The notes under the pieces: model-generated | What the model was told of the DNA's origin: nothing | What the model saw: the letters and a program-made list of their open reading frames with translations, nothing else | Database searches by the model: none | Made by a program: the position numbers and the translations under genes | In this document: positions 1 through 13,000 of the stretch, piece by piece | Layout: each line of letters opens with the position of its first letter | How positions within the stretch are numbered: position 1 is the first letter of the stretch | Origin: Takakia lepidozioides | Taxonomy: Eukaryota > Plantae > Bryophyta | Direction: 5' to 3' | Assembly (NCBI GenBank): GCA_030704615.1 | Contig: CM060732.1 | Span: forward strand, 25,110,001-25,174,000 | Length of the DNA: 64,000 bases

Positions 1-536
1 GAGTGCGAGCAACTAAACGGGTGAGTGCAAGACAGCCGACACCACAGACAGCCGCCATCACCAAGAAAGTGGACCTGAAGCACATCCCTGTTTTATTAGG
101 AGTCTCATCTATCTTGGTAAACCTATCTGGAAGTCACAATATAATCTACGGTTTCAGCTGTCACTCTCTGTCCCTCCTTCAACTATTTCCTATCTTTTTT
201 CACAAAGGGACAAGTGACAATACTGGCAAACATGACCAACTAACCTGAAACACTGGGGTCCCACGCACTTGTGAGGCCCAGTCAATGCTTGCCCAGCTGC
301 TAATGCCACAGCTTGAGCAGCCACAACTTGTCCATCATATATGTAACCCGCAAGTTTTACTGAGAGCAGGTATGAGCCAACTGTCGCGGAGATGCTGCCA
401 ACAAAAATACAACTCAACTCAGAACAACAAACCTGGATCAGGAACTTGCTGGCCTTAAAAGACACTTGGAGAAGCCACAGGGTTGGTGGAGAAAGACATA
501 CTATACAGACCTTATAAACCAACAGACCGTACAACA

Positions 537-580
<44 letters not shown>

Positions 581-2032
581 TGTACTCATAAGACGTTGTT
601 TACTGTAGCCTAGTGGCCATTGACCCCGCAACCAGTTTGAGCGGAACACAAAGGGACAGAACCTACCTTTGTCAGGGGCTGACGCCGGTAGTAAGACTTA
701 CCTTGGAATAAACAATTGTTCCGGGTTTTCCAGATATCCTCTAGAAATCCCTCTACACAAGCGTCAAACTGCTGTGTGTGGTTTGCCCAATAACTGGGCT
801 CAAAAAGGGCCTGGGCTTTTGGCTCAGCCTCGAGACTTTCAAAGTTGGTAAACAGAGGTACAGGCACAATTCCCTTGATAGATTTGAAGAGAGCATCTCT
901 CTGGTGAGATAACCCCGGACAATGAATCAGAAAATGAATATTGTCTTCAGGTTGCCGGCACAACGGGCAATTGCACTCTCCCTTTCCTCTCTGCTTCTGT
1001 TTGCTGTTCAAAGGCAGGCTTCCCACCCTAAGTTTAAATTTCAGTCTAGTGCCGAGAGTGGGTAGACCCTTGAGGTCATCCAGGATGGCCTCCCCCATGT
1101 CACAGACTGGAAACAAGTTCAGGGAAGTTTTCTGCCTAACTTCATTTTCATCAGACAATTTCCTGGCAATAGACATGGCTTTGGACACAACAGCCTGTAA
1201 GTCAGATTTATCCAGCAGGGTCAAGACTTGCGGAGATCCTTGAGGATCTCTTCTACTCTCTTCCACCAGGAGTTAGCCTGTTTGACAGGGCGATCCTGTT
1301 TACAAGATATAGAGTCGATTAACTTAGGATATCTGATGTTGGACAAAGTTGCAGCTGACCCCACCACCTGACCTTGAATTCATCTTGTCAGGAGCTTAAG
1401 GCAGGGATGCCAAACTCACCCCGAACAGCCACATTGGCTGTTTTGGAGCAAGCTGATATGCACTCCTTCCGCACCCCTACTTGAACAGATTCTAGAGACT
1501 TGGCCTGGTTGGAGTTATCACCCCATATGGCAGATGCGTACTCCGAGGCAGGTCTAAAAATGCGACAAAGTATAGTTTTCTTGACCTCAGAGGTGATCCA
1601 TCTGTAGTGAAAAATTTAGTGAGACCCAGCGCTTTGCGCTTGCCAGTTTGAACAACTTTCTGAATATGTGCATCCTCATTACAGTTGGAGGAAAACTCAA
1701 CGCCAAGGTATGTGTAGGAAGGGAGGACTGGAATCTCTTGGCTTCCCACTGCCACTTGAGATCACCTCCTCCCTCTCCTCGGTCGTTGAATGCCACCACT
1801 GCACATTTACTGACATAAGCCTCTAGCCCCTAAAGGTCAAAGTATCTCTTCGCGCAATCAATCAACTCCTGGAGATTGGAAGGAGTCTCCCCTATGCCTG
1901 CGAAGTCATCCGCAAACATAAGGGCTGGTATGGTGGCATCACCCACCCTTAACCCAAATCCATCACTTTCCACATCCTCGAGGAGTTGATTGATGAGAAC
2001 ATTGAAGAGCAGAGGGGAGAGGGTACATCCTT

Positions 2033-2063
<31 letters not shown>

Positions 2064-5000
2064 CTCATAAGACGTTGTTTGCCGTAGCCTTGTGGCCATT
2101 GAGAGAGAGAGAGAGAGAGAGAGGAGACCTGAGGGTGTTGTAAAGGGCCCCAAAATGCTTCAGGCCAAACAACTCAGAGGAAGTGGCCACCATTAGAGTC
2201 CAATGAGCTCCATGTGCCAGCCCCACAAGTATGGATGCCACATAGAGCATTCCTGGCACTATCCCCAAGAAGACCACCCCCTAGTTCAATGTTACTTAAA
2301 AGTACCAACATGACAGCATATATTGTGCCATCTAAATCATACACACCCACACTTACACAATTACACCTGTGTTAAGTTGGCTCCGATATCACAAATAGAG
2401 CTGAATAGCCATTTCGCTAATTTCACTAATTTGCGGACATGTTAGTTGTGGTCAAATCTTTTGGAGATGCTTGGTGGCACACCCTAGAAACTTGGATGAA
2501 AACACGAAGATATCAAGTATATTTAAGCACCAAAATGTGTGACCCACAGCTTTGCATATAAAAAATCTAAGCATTTGAACATCTCCACAATAACAGATTT
2601 TCATACCTGAACAAAAACACTCTTGGTCAATACTAGGAATTATTCTGGAGGTAACACTTAGACTTACAGATGCCAAAGCAAAGAACGGATATTGAAGTAG
2701 CCACAAACTCAACACTGACAGGAGTGAAGTTCTTTAACCTTAAGGTTACCTGCAGATGCAAATAGAAGATGCGCCAATGCCATAACAGCTTGCACAAAGA
2801 AGAGGAACAGAGGCCGTGGAGTAGCATATTGTTTCATGTAATACTCTGATACATATCTGCAATTTGACTTGTAGAATATTAGACAATATCAGGCAACAGC
2901 TTACACAAGACTTAATCATGCTGTTTCCCTGAAGCCTATTGAGGCAACTATGACAACCTTGTCTGGGCACAATTGCAAGCTTGAGACACATACCCAGAGC
3001 CCATTCTCCCAAGAAAATTCCACACACTAACCAACGCCACAAAAGCTCCTATGCTCCGAGAACCAAGAGATTCTGCCATCTGCACAAAAGCCACAGAGGA
3101 GTACTGTTGTAGGCTTGCAAAAGTAGACCATCTGCCGGATTAGATGAATGTGAAACACTCAATTGAAACAGACAGTGGCCGGAGAGAAGAATGCTAGGAT
3201 AGAATGACGGTTAGGACATGTACTTCTTTTTATACTGCCTATAGACGTGTTAGTTTATCTATTTTGTAAATGTAGGTAGTTCCATACCTGTTAACAGCAT
3301 ACTGCGCAAGCACATAGAGCACTAGAAGCGACTGCATGGAGCAAAGTTTAATAATCACCTGCGCAAGGTTGTTGATAGCAGTTAATCCACTCCCAGTACC
3401 ACAGCCCATGGCAAAAAACAGCAGCCTGCACTAGCAGAGGGACAAAGGAACTCTAAAGAATTATGGATTATGTCATTCTCACTTTCCAGTCAATATTTAA
3501 CTGCAGCAAGCTGTCTACCAATAACACATGTGAGAAAATGAACTCTTACCATCAACAAAAATGCCAAGCTACTGTTGCTAGGGTGGAAGTGACGAGAGTG
3601 GCAAGCAGATCCCAATGATGTCAAATTTGATTGTAGAAATAGGGCCAAAAACAAAACAAGTGAAACCGCAGTGTTTCTTGACAGTTGCCTATGCATTCTG
3701 CCATGCAGAACAACATGGGGAAAAGTGGCTAGTAGTACTTTGACATACAATCGAAAAGATATTTGTAGTGACTAACCCAGAAGTTTGGTTGCTCTAAAAA
3801 ACTGCAACATACCAATAATCTTCAGTGGTGGCTGCCTGCCAGAGTGTGTGATCATGCCCAAGCTTCACCTTCCGCTTTGATGGCGTCTCTGGATTCAGAG
3901 CTTTTGCAGCATCCATGAGCAGCTCTAAGCCCTTGGGAGCCACATCAATGGTAGTTGCTGTCTTCACCTGGAGCAATGGTGACTTACGCTCAACTGATTG
4001 CTTGCTGTAGCCTCGGTCTGCTGTAGGCGAGGACACTAAATGCACCTCTGTAGGGAGTGAACTATAACCCTTTTGTTGCACCCCTGCACTCAGCTGCCAC
4101 TGCCCAGTTACACACCACCAACGGTTTCAGGAAGGTTAAAATAATGATCCTTCCAAATTCCAGCCATGACCAATAGATAAATCATCACAACAACACAATA
4201 TCAAGACCTTGTCCAATTCAGAGGAGTTCAAGCAGCAGGCTGAACCACATGCACATAACACAGGGCACCTTCCCCTTGGAGAGGTGGCAGATCAATGCGA
4301 GGGGTACTAAAACTCCCAGAGCCAGTTATCGGGAATCAGACTGAAACCTCTCAGCCATGTATATGAAACTCAATATTGAAATTGCCACAACGTTAGCATA
4401 CAGCAGACAACCGATCTGGTTTTCACAGAGATGAAGTAAAATTGTGTATTCAATGGCATCGTCATCATATTGGACAATGTGAGGTGGATTCCACCCTGGT
4501 TAGTGCTTTAGAAACAGGAATGACAAATGAGGCTGTGGTTACACCTTTGGTCACACTGCTAAAAAAGACACGCAAAAAAGACGGAGGACAAATGAGCAGT
4601 TTTACAGCCACAGAGGGCTAGAGGGTTTAAAAGTAGGGGGGGAAGAGGATGAGGGCTTACAGGTATGACGCCTGGGAGAAGCAGGATAACTAGCATGAGT
4701 GTCATGAACAAGCGACTGACAGTCTTACTTATCACAAACATATCCTGCACCCCCACCATCCACCTTTATATCCATGTGGACTAAAAGTTATAACAACCGC
4801 CAAAACCAGAGAGTAGTTAAATGCCCAAGAAGTCCATTGGGTTTAAGAAGCCATGGAAAGGTAGAGTAATGAGCATAATCAGCGTGCAGCATTTTTTCCA
4901 TGACTTTGGAGCTCAAAAATGGAATTGGGTCTGAGGAAAAAGCAGAGGACTCGCCTGGATGAGAATGACAGCCAAGAGGTAGAAAGCTAGTACAAGCCCC

Positions 5001-6817
5001 ACTATCTGCACATCATCATCAAGTCCCCATAATGATGACAGACAGAACTCATGATTCACTGTCCTTGTACCTGTTGAAATAATAGAGAATGAAGTACAAA
5101 CAAATCTTCATCACAAGAGACCTGACTTAACGTTGTCAAAAAGAAACTTTTCGAATCTCCACTTACATACAAGATCGAGAATTTGGACTTGTCAGATTCA
5201 TCTTTTCGCTTAGGGGACTCCACAGGGCGAATGACCACCATGGATACCAATGCCACCACTGGGGGCACTGTTGCACACAGCAAGAGAAATGGGCCTGTAT
5301 GTGGGGCATACACTGCTGTATAGACCTGTAAATTAACCTCAATTGTGTCAATAATATGAATACGTGCTGGGTTCCTGATGATGGGTGCATATGAACATAC
5401 AGTAAACGTTTTCAGATGTCTTGATCCAGTCCACCTCATAGCCATTTTGGTGGAACAAATTCTTGAGCTAGGACAACTCTGTGAAAGCAAAGGCAGGAAA
5501 CAAGCACAGAATATAATTCATGCTTTGAGCAACTGCGTACCTGTGTAAAGATGGCTCCACTAAGGCCAATGAAGCCCTTGAGAAGGCCAACCACAACTCC
5601 CCTGTCTGAGGGGAAGTTACGCATGCTGAGGAACCCAACAATATACCTCAGTATCTTTAATCTTACTGAGATTTAGCAAGAAAACACCTGCTGATAGATT
5701 CTCAAAATAACATAAGCCAGATCTCACGTAACATCTGAGCTGCGGTCTCTTGCATAATTTCACACACTAGCTAGAAAGAAGAGATAAATATAGGGAACAG
5801 GTGAGAAGAATACCAAGTAACAAGAACAGCTGTGTTGAACCAAGAGGCGCCATTAGTACCGAGCATAATAATTGCACACATCTACAACCAGGTTAACAGA
5901 GGCAACCTTTTAGTAGAGGATGTAAGATTTCATTTCAAAACATTTAACTGATCTGGATCAGGTGCACAAAACGAAACATGAAAAGCCAGTTGTAGAAGAG
6001 GGAAAAAGAGAACTTATTAAATCCACAGGAGGCCAATAGAAGGGTCCGTAAGAATGTCCAAAAAGAAACAGAAGTAATGATTACCGGATGCATCTCACAA
6101 GCTTCTATATCATCACAGCAGTACCTGCCAGTAAGATGGCGAGATTTGGCCTGTGGCTGCTAAGTACAGCTGCACAAAAGTAGTATATACATTTGACAAT
6201 CAGTACAACTAGTGTTTGAAGTCAACAACCATAAAATTTAAGCAGAAGTAATGCCTTTGATAGACATTCAGGTGAGTCCCAAGCATCCAGCAGCATGACT
6301 AGGTGTGCGCTGAAATCCAAATTAAGTTAGGATGAGCTTGTCTTGAACCAAACTCAAACAATGACTTTCTAGAGACTGAGGATCCCATGTCCCTGTCCCC
6401 AGAACCTTCAAGGGTACTTGACAGGTTGGGCAACCAGCAGGAACACCCACCAATAGCCAAATGCAATCTGTGCACTGACGGGAACTAATTAAAGTGAAAA
6501 TCTCTGCAGTTGCACACAGTCTAGTGAAGCCTTACCAAGGAATAGAAGAAGCAGTGCATAGATCCACCAATGAGGAGCACAAACCAGGCAGACGTGAGGT
6601 CAATCAAAAGGCCAGGAATTATGCCCACATTGCCACCAATATCCTTTGAAGTGCCCAGGCCATCAATCATTTCTTGATTATAGCCCAATGTATGCTTAAG
6701 ATCAGCAGAGTAGAGAGAAAATACATATGAAATTCCGCCGCAGGCTTGCATCCACATGCCAAGACACAACCCTAACCACTTGTCATTCAGAAATTTCTTT
6801 ACCCTCAACCCCCTCAT
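1..6817 (-). CDS. Nodulin-like / NFD4-type major facilitator superfamily membrane protein, multi-exon, 3' end runs off the window
   Basis: Exons read by eye with splice sites: 6817-6536, 6169-6125, 5881-5814, 5625-5541, 5325-5167, 5005-4955, 4744-4661, (one short exon unresolved), 4083-3813, 3425-3359, 3079-2994, 2856-2750, 2258-2129, 394-245, 74-1. Family motifs: WMQACGGISYVFSLYS..LGYNQ, NFPSDRGVVVGLLKGFIGLSGAIFTQ, GSGLTAINNLAQ, SELFGLKHFGALYN, CVGPQCFR. Confidence 0.9.
541..575. repeat. (GA)n microsatellite; further runs at 2033-2058 and 2101-2122
   Basis: Direct reading of the sequence. Confidence 0.95.
576..2032 (-). mobile_element. 5'-truncated, degenerate non-LTR retrotransposon (LINE) in an intron
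   Basis: RT motifs QGCTLSPLLFNVLI and ALMFADD (1830-2032), YTYLGV (1492-1755), C-terminal CCHC knuckle CPLC..EDNIHFLIHC (610-1266), very short 3' UTR. Flanked by (GA)n on both sides. Confidence 0.85.
2059..2100 (-). mobile_element. About 42-bp 3' stub of the same LINE family
   Basis: tgtactcataagacgttgtttgccgtagccttgtggccatt nearly matches 581-621 and sits between (GA)n runs 2033-2058 and 2101-2122. Confidence 0.8.
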
Positions 6818-9607
6818 TTCTCAAATAGGCTATCACCCACTACAGCTTGATTGTCAGGTCTCTGGCATCATCTGTAAATAGAATGCTGACCCTGCGCATA
6901 CCCCTGGCTCATTTTTATTCCTTCATCCGTTGAACACCATCAGCAAAGCTTTTTGCCTTTCAGAGGTTGATTGGGTGTCTTCTTTGCTTGTCAAGGCCCA
7001 CCATTACATTTCTTGGCATGCCATTTGGAAATCCCACCAAATAATCCTCAATGATTCCGCGTTGTAGGACCTCCAGAAGAAGCTGTTGGCCCTTCACAAG
7101 GGAACAATGGAACCATCGAGCAGAGAGAAGGTTCCTGCGGCTGCAACTACACAGTACCAGCTCGCCTTCAAAAGTAAGTTTGCCAACCTCCAGTGGCACT
7201 ATATCTCTGCACCTGCTTGTCCAGTGACCTTTGCAATCGCCTGTTGCACTTGCCCACCCCCACAGATGTTGTTTATCTCCCCTGCAAGACAGTATGTATT
7301 TTCTCAGGTCAGAGCTAAGTCAACATTCAATACAATGCTAGCTGGCCTACTCGTTTCCTTTCTCACTAGTTGCAGTGGGCCCAAGTTAAAACTTCCTAGA
7401 ACAGTTCCATATGGTCACAGGGTGGTCAGTGGTCATTTCTGAAGGATCAATATTGATATTACATGAGTCTCAAGTACAAATGCACAAACAATGTGCAAAC
7501 TGCAGCCTATCTAGATCCATTCTGCCTAAACGTTGATACTTAATTTTTACCCTACTCAGCATTTGCTCTATCAATTCATCGGCTCCACCAAACATTTGTC
7601 TTCACAATTTCCTGGATATGCCAAACTTTTGCCATTATGCACAGCAGTGGATTATACGGATTCACGTGTACAATAATATTTGCCCTATCCATCCTTCAAC
7701 TTCATCAAATGTCTTTGCCACAACTGATCACCAGCTGCTGTCTTCCAACCTTTTCCAAGATCTGAACTGGAACGGAGTTCTGTGGATAGGTATCAGTAAA
7801 CTAAAATTCGGTTGACTAAACACCGAGGCATAAAAAAATGACCTCTGAAGACTGAGCCGTCCAGAGAGGTTATGGCGCCGGAGACCAACTCATAGCTACG
7901 CAACTCAACGGACTAATAAGCTCCAAAGTGTTGAGACAGCTCTCTGCTAGTTCGAATCCTTCCACTCCCCAGGCAGGTTGAGTACAATTCACAGTGCTCA
8001 CATCAGTGTTGCAACATCATTCCACCCGCACCTTTTAGAATGGTAAACGTTTAGTCTGAAATGTTTTGCGGGAGACAGGAAGGGAGGGAAGAAAAGAGGG
8101 GGAGAACAAGAAGAGACAGATGGGTGTGAAGGATATTAACTCATTGTTCGAGTACAATCTCTCAATTAGGATGGATCACAGCTTCTCAAGTATCAGGAAT
8201 CCATCCAACAGTTCCTTGCTGACTCACAAGCTATATAATGGGACCAAATCCTTGCTCTAGATAAAAACCAGGTGATGAGAACAAATGTGTGTATTATCTG
8301 AGTAAAATGCAGATCGAATCTAAGTTCTCCTACTACTTGGCACTGAGAATGCTACGATCTTCAATGCTGGAGATCATACTTGGCAGTCCAGACTCATACC
8401 GGACATTGGACCTCGTCAACCCCTGAGCCCGGTTTTATCAGCAAGAACCTCAAAGGCTACAACTAGAACCTATTCCTGAGAGGACCAGCTGTAGGCGGAT
8501 GAGACAAACCAAGACAAAAGCCGAGGGAGAGGACTGGCATTACCAATCAGGCTGCTCACTACATTCCCCCCATCAACAAGAACTCCTCCCAACCCCTGAC
8601 AACTTCAATCGGAACAAGAGAACAAGAGCTCCAAGGGCCAGTGCCAGGATGCCCTTCACAAACTTGTATGCCATCAGGAACAAGAACAGCTCACATCTCC
8701 AATCAACTTAAACTGCACAAAACTCCAACGCATCACAACTGAGAAGCACTACGAACAGAACCATCACTGGCATCAAAATCACCTTCATGCACTCTCTCGT
8801 GTCCGGAAGATTGCGAAGAGAACAGCTCCCGATCCGCGGCACGCCAACCTCTGGGCCACCACTCGCAACACCTCTCTGTAAAGGAGCGTATGTGTTCTTG
8901 TTGCTGGCGTGGCGGTGCATTATTGGGCATAACTGCAGCACAAAGTCTGATCAGTGACATGGCGTTTCAGCACTGGCTTACTATTTTTATTACTAGAGAG
9001 ACAAGCAGTCACGTCCAGCTCAGCCGCCACACTGACAAATCCTGCTCACACACTTTTCTTTTCTTGTTAATTAGCTGAGATGTGATCGTTGTCATCAGAT
9101 CCGATCAGATCAGTGGTGCAGATTCTATCTCAGACTCTGCGCTTAACAGAGTGGCTAATACCTTTACACTTGTAGGTCGACTCAAAATCTCAAACTAGTC
9201 TCCGCTTCTCTGACTTGATGGGAACGATGGTGAGGTCGATGGTTTCAGGGCCTTACCACACGAGCGGCACTGGAAGTCACCGCAACATGCTGCCAAAGGC
9301 CTGTCGATTGGTTGATGGATCGTAAACTGACACCCTCACCTACCACACAGGAGGAACGGCAGCGAGAAGACAATGTGACGTGGTGCTTATGTGGAGCCTC
9401 TCCGCGAAAGTAGGATTTCCAGGGACCATTGCCTGGAAATCCAAAATCTTAGGGAACTTCTTTGTCGCGATCTCCCTCCTTCTCGTCGTGGCCCTCATCT
9501 GAGTCATTCATTTTTGCTTCTCAACGATCTGTTTTCGTGCCCGACTGCCATCATGTGGTAGCGTTGGTTTGTTTTTGCTGATATGGGCCTACTCTCCATA
9601 ACATACA

Positions 9608-10560
9608 GGGGGGAATGCTAGATCGTGAGCCCAGAGCCTTGAGCCTGTGAGCCCAGCCAGGCTCACCCCATGTCATGTGTTAATTTCGAACATACAGGAC
9701 GTATTTCCGCGGGATGTTTCTATTTCCGCGGAATGAATTGCCCTTTTATAGTCATTGCAGACGTCACTTTTATCATCCATCCCACCCCTGAAGTCTGAAA
9801 TGTCTGGCAAGGAGCTGAGAACTCGGTCTTTGTGGCACGACACATCAGGAGAAATGAATGCACAGACACTTGCCAATGAAAATCCGCACACCATTTTCAA
9901 GGGATATTATTTTGTATACGACTTCTCTGCAGTCTGCCCGTCCCACACACATTTTTTTATTTTTTATTTTTATTTTTGCAGATGCCCTGAAAGTGGTGTG
10001 CGGTCTTCTATGCACGACTTCTCTACAGCTGCCCATCTTTTTTTCTTTTCTTTTTTCATTCCCACGCAGATGCCCTGAAAGTAGTGTGCGGTGCCGCAAC
10101 TATTTTCAGGGCATCTGCGGTGCACGTTTTCTCTGCAGCTGCTCATTCTTCCCCTACACACGTTTTATTTATTATTTATCTTTCGTTCCCACGCAGATGC
10201 CTTGAAAGTAGTGTGCGGTGCACGTTTTCTCTGCTGCCTATTCTTCCCATATATATATATATATATTTTCGTTCCCACGCAGACGCCCTGAAAATAGTGT
10301 GCGGCACCGCACATTACTTTCAGGATCTGCGGTGCACGTTTTCTCTGCAACTGCCCATTCCAAACACGTTTTTTTTTTTTTTTTTTTTTAAATTTTTTTT
10401 TGTTTTTTTTCTGTTCCCACGCAGATGCCCTGAAAGTAGTGTGTGGGATGCCCGAAAGTAGTGTGCGGCACCGCACTCTACTTTCAGGGCATCTGTGGTG
10501 CACGTTTTTGGAGCAGCTGCCTATCCCACACACTGCTCGTATGCTTTCCTGAAATCCCAC
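9608..10560. mobile_element. Non-coding DNA-transposon-like element with tandem and inverted repeat array; right boundary approximate
   Basis: Starts GGGGGGAATGC..GTGAGCC like the element at 11018. Shares ctatttccgYggaatg..tagtcattgcaga with 11213-11253. Repeated gatgccctgaaagtagtgtgcgg unit occurs in both orientations. Confidence 0.55.
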
Positions 10561-11017
10561 TTTTGATTACGCAAAGATTGTTGTGTTGGTGAGAGGGTTT
10601 GGCCCCATATGGCTTGCAACAGCTATCCATAGCCTCCGGAAGGTGCTTAATGCACCGCCGCAGGCCGTTCACATAAAGGCAAAGAGCATGTGATGTGTGT
10701 GTCCAAGGAGTTGAGACAGCTCAATGTAAGGGCTGTTACTTTTGTGGTTATCTGTCTTGTTGGCGGCGGGCTGTAATTTTATGTAATGAGAAGTTGCTTA
10801 AAGTTGGTCAGGGTGGTTGATGAAACTACCTGCAATTCTGTAACGAAGTGTGATCACTCATGTTAAGTGTGTGGGATGCATTCCATTTGAGCTATTGGTG
10901 CAATTTGACAGAGGTCAAGCTTTAAGGTGTTTGATTCAGTAAGTGTTTTCGGTACTCAGGGCAACAATTGTGACTTGCATGGAAAAATGCGTGTGAATTT
11001 GGACTCGGTACAAGTTT

Positions 11018-13000
11018 GGGGGGAATGCCTCCGCGTGAGCCTGGCCGCGTGAGCGTGTGAGCAAGTGAGCGCAGTCAGGCTCACGCCACGTCAGCAATTG
11101 TCGCCACGTTGGTTCACGGGTATCACGGCACGTCAGCAGTCCTCGCCAGCGTGATTGACGCCACGTCATTTCCAAATGCACGGACCTATAACCGCGGATA
11201 GAAGGTAGGTGCCTATTTCCGTGGAATGGTTTACCTTTTCTAGTCATTGCAGATTACATCTTTAACATCCAGCCAATCGATTGGATGAATATAGGATGGA
11301 TGAATGCAGAATGGATGAATGTAGCATGGAGGAATATGACTTGGATGAGTGCAAACAATGTGAATGATTCATGAAATGCAGGATGGATGAATGTATAATG
11401 GATGAATGTAAGGGGAATGAGTGCGAACACTTCGATGGATTGATGTAGTTTTTTTTCTGAAAGCAATTTCGAACTTTATTGGATTTCCCTTCTTTCAATA
11501 TCATGAGGGACCATGTCAACCCGTGAATATGTGTTTTGTAATTAGTCATTCCATTCGTACTTGGGACAAATGAACAGTCGCAACAAGTCCAAAAACTTTT
11601 ATGAGGATGAAGAAAGAGTACACATAAACTTTGAAGGTCAATCTGACTCGGACTCATCATAACATATCCCCGCATCCTCTGCATCCAAGTCCAAAAATTT
11701 CATAACTCCGGATCTGGGATGTCTACTCCCGCGTGCAGACATTCTGGGATCAGGTGATGGAGCCTCGGACATGCGAAGTGTCATTTCTTCCACATACATA
11801 AGAAGCAAAAAATTGGGCAGGGGGCTGTCGAATACGGAATCGGTTTGTGATCCCAAACGAGGATCCGACCACATGTCGAGATAATCAGGGACACCGCTCA
11901 AATGTTTTCCCTGCATGAGCACATATTTTGTGTACTTGCAAACTCGCAAACCCAATGCAATTCCCAACATGTCAATTCACAAAACATGAGAATGTGATGA
12001 TCGGCGGCGATCATTACATTCCCTACATAGAGTGAGTGCTAATGGAATTCTACTACCTCACAAGTACCACCCTGAAGAAGGTCTAAATGTGATGATCACC
12101 GCCGATCATCACATTTTCTTGAAGATTTCAGTTTCAATCAGAGAAAGGCATATGACTGAAACACGAAAGCAAAACGATGCAATTCACATTTTTGGGCGAA
12201 ATGAAGATTTCTCTGCAAAAGCACACAACAGTTTGAGTGATGATCGGTGCTGATCATCACTTCCTTCCAGCCCTAAGATCATGTTTTGATGGACAACTAA
12301 CTTTGCAAGGGACAAAAGATGCAAAACTCAAACACGAAAGCAAAACAATGTGAACCACATTTCTGGCCGAAATGAAAAATACTTTGCAAAATCTTGAAGC
12401 ACTGTAAGTGATGATCGGCACCGATCATCACTTCTGCTCTGTTTTTTTTTTGGTATTGTTCCAAAAATAAATAAATAATTGCTCTGGTTGACATTTTGGT
12501 AGAGGTCGTGATGATCGTCGACGATCATCACTTCTGTTTTGTTTTGGCATTTGGCGTGTGCTCTATGTCGTAAGTTCTTAAAACTCATGCAATATGGTAC
12601 CTTTGGACGTCAAGATGGTTTCTCATGGTCTTCCCGTGGCAGCCTTTATGGTACTCACGTTGTGAGGTTATTTTGTCGTCCTTGTAATTGTAATAGTGAA
12701 ACTTACAATTTTAATTGCACAATGTTGTGGAATGGATGCCACAGTTGTAGGCTTATTTCCCATTTCGGGTGTTTGATGGTAGTCTTCATTGTATTCAGCC
12801 AACGATTGCCTGGATTAATCCCACGATCATAGGACCATCATCGGATATACAGGCTGACATGATGCCGCATATTTATGCTGACGTGACGCAGCGCCACGTT
12901 AGCATTTGTCGCCATGTCAGCCTGCTGACATCACGCTCATGCCACGTCACTCCTACGTGAGCGTACGCTCATGCGCAAGGCTCACACCGTTGCGTCGTTG
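11018..13000 (-). mobile_element. Internally deleted relative of the methyltransferase-bearing element at 43785-58900
   Basis: Left end matches 43785-43960; GGATGAAT repeats. ORF 11638-11970 joins YTKYVLMQGKHLSGVPDYLDMWSDP (cf. 57.9 kb) to SVFDSPL..LDLDAEDAG..SESD (cf. 44.5 kb). Possible 8-9 bp TSD caagtttg(g) at 11011 / caaatttg(g) at 13001. Confidence 0.75.
11994..12531. repeat. Array of five 24-bp palindromes GTGATGATCG-N4-CGATCATCAC
   Basis: Copies start at 11994, 12089, 12237, 12408 and 12508. Confidence 0.9.

Noticed and set aside
6960-9078. Short ORFs upstream of the MFS gene
   Set aside because: No recognisable motifs or convincing exon chain; may be 5' UTR or intron.
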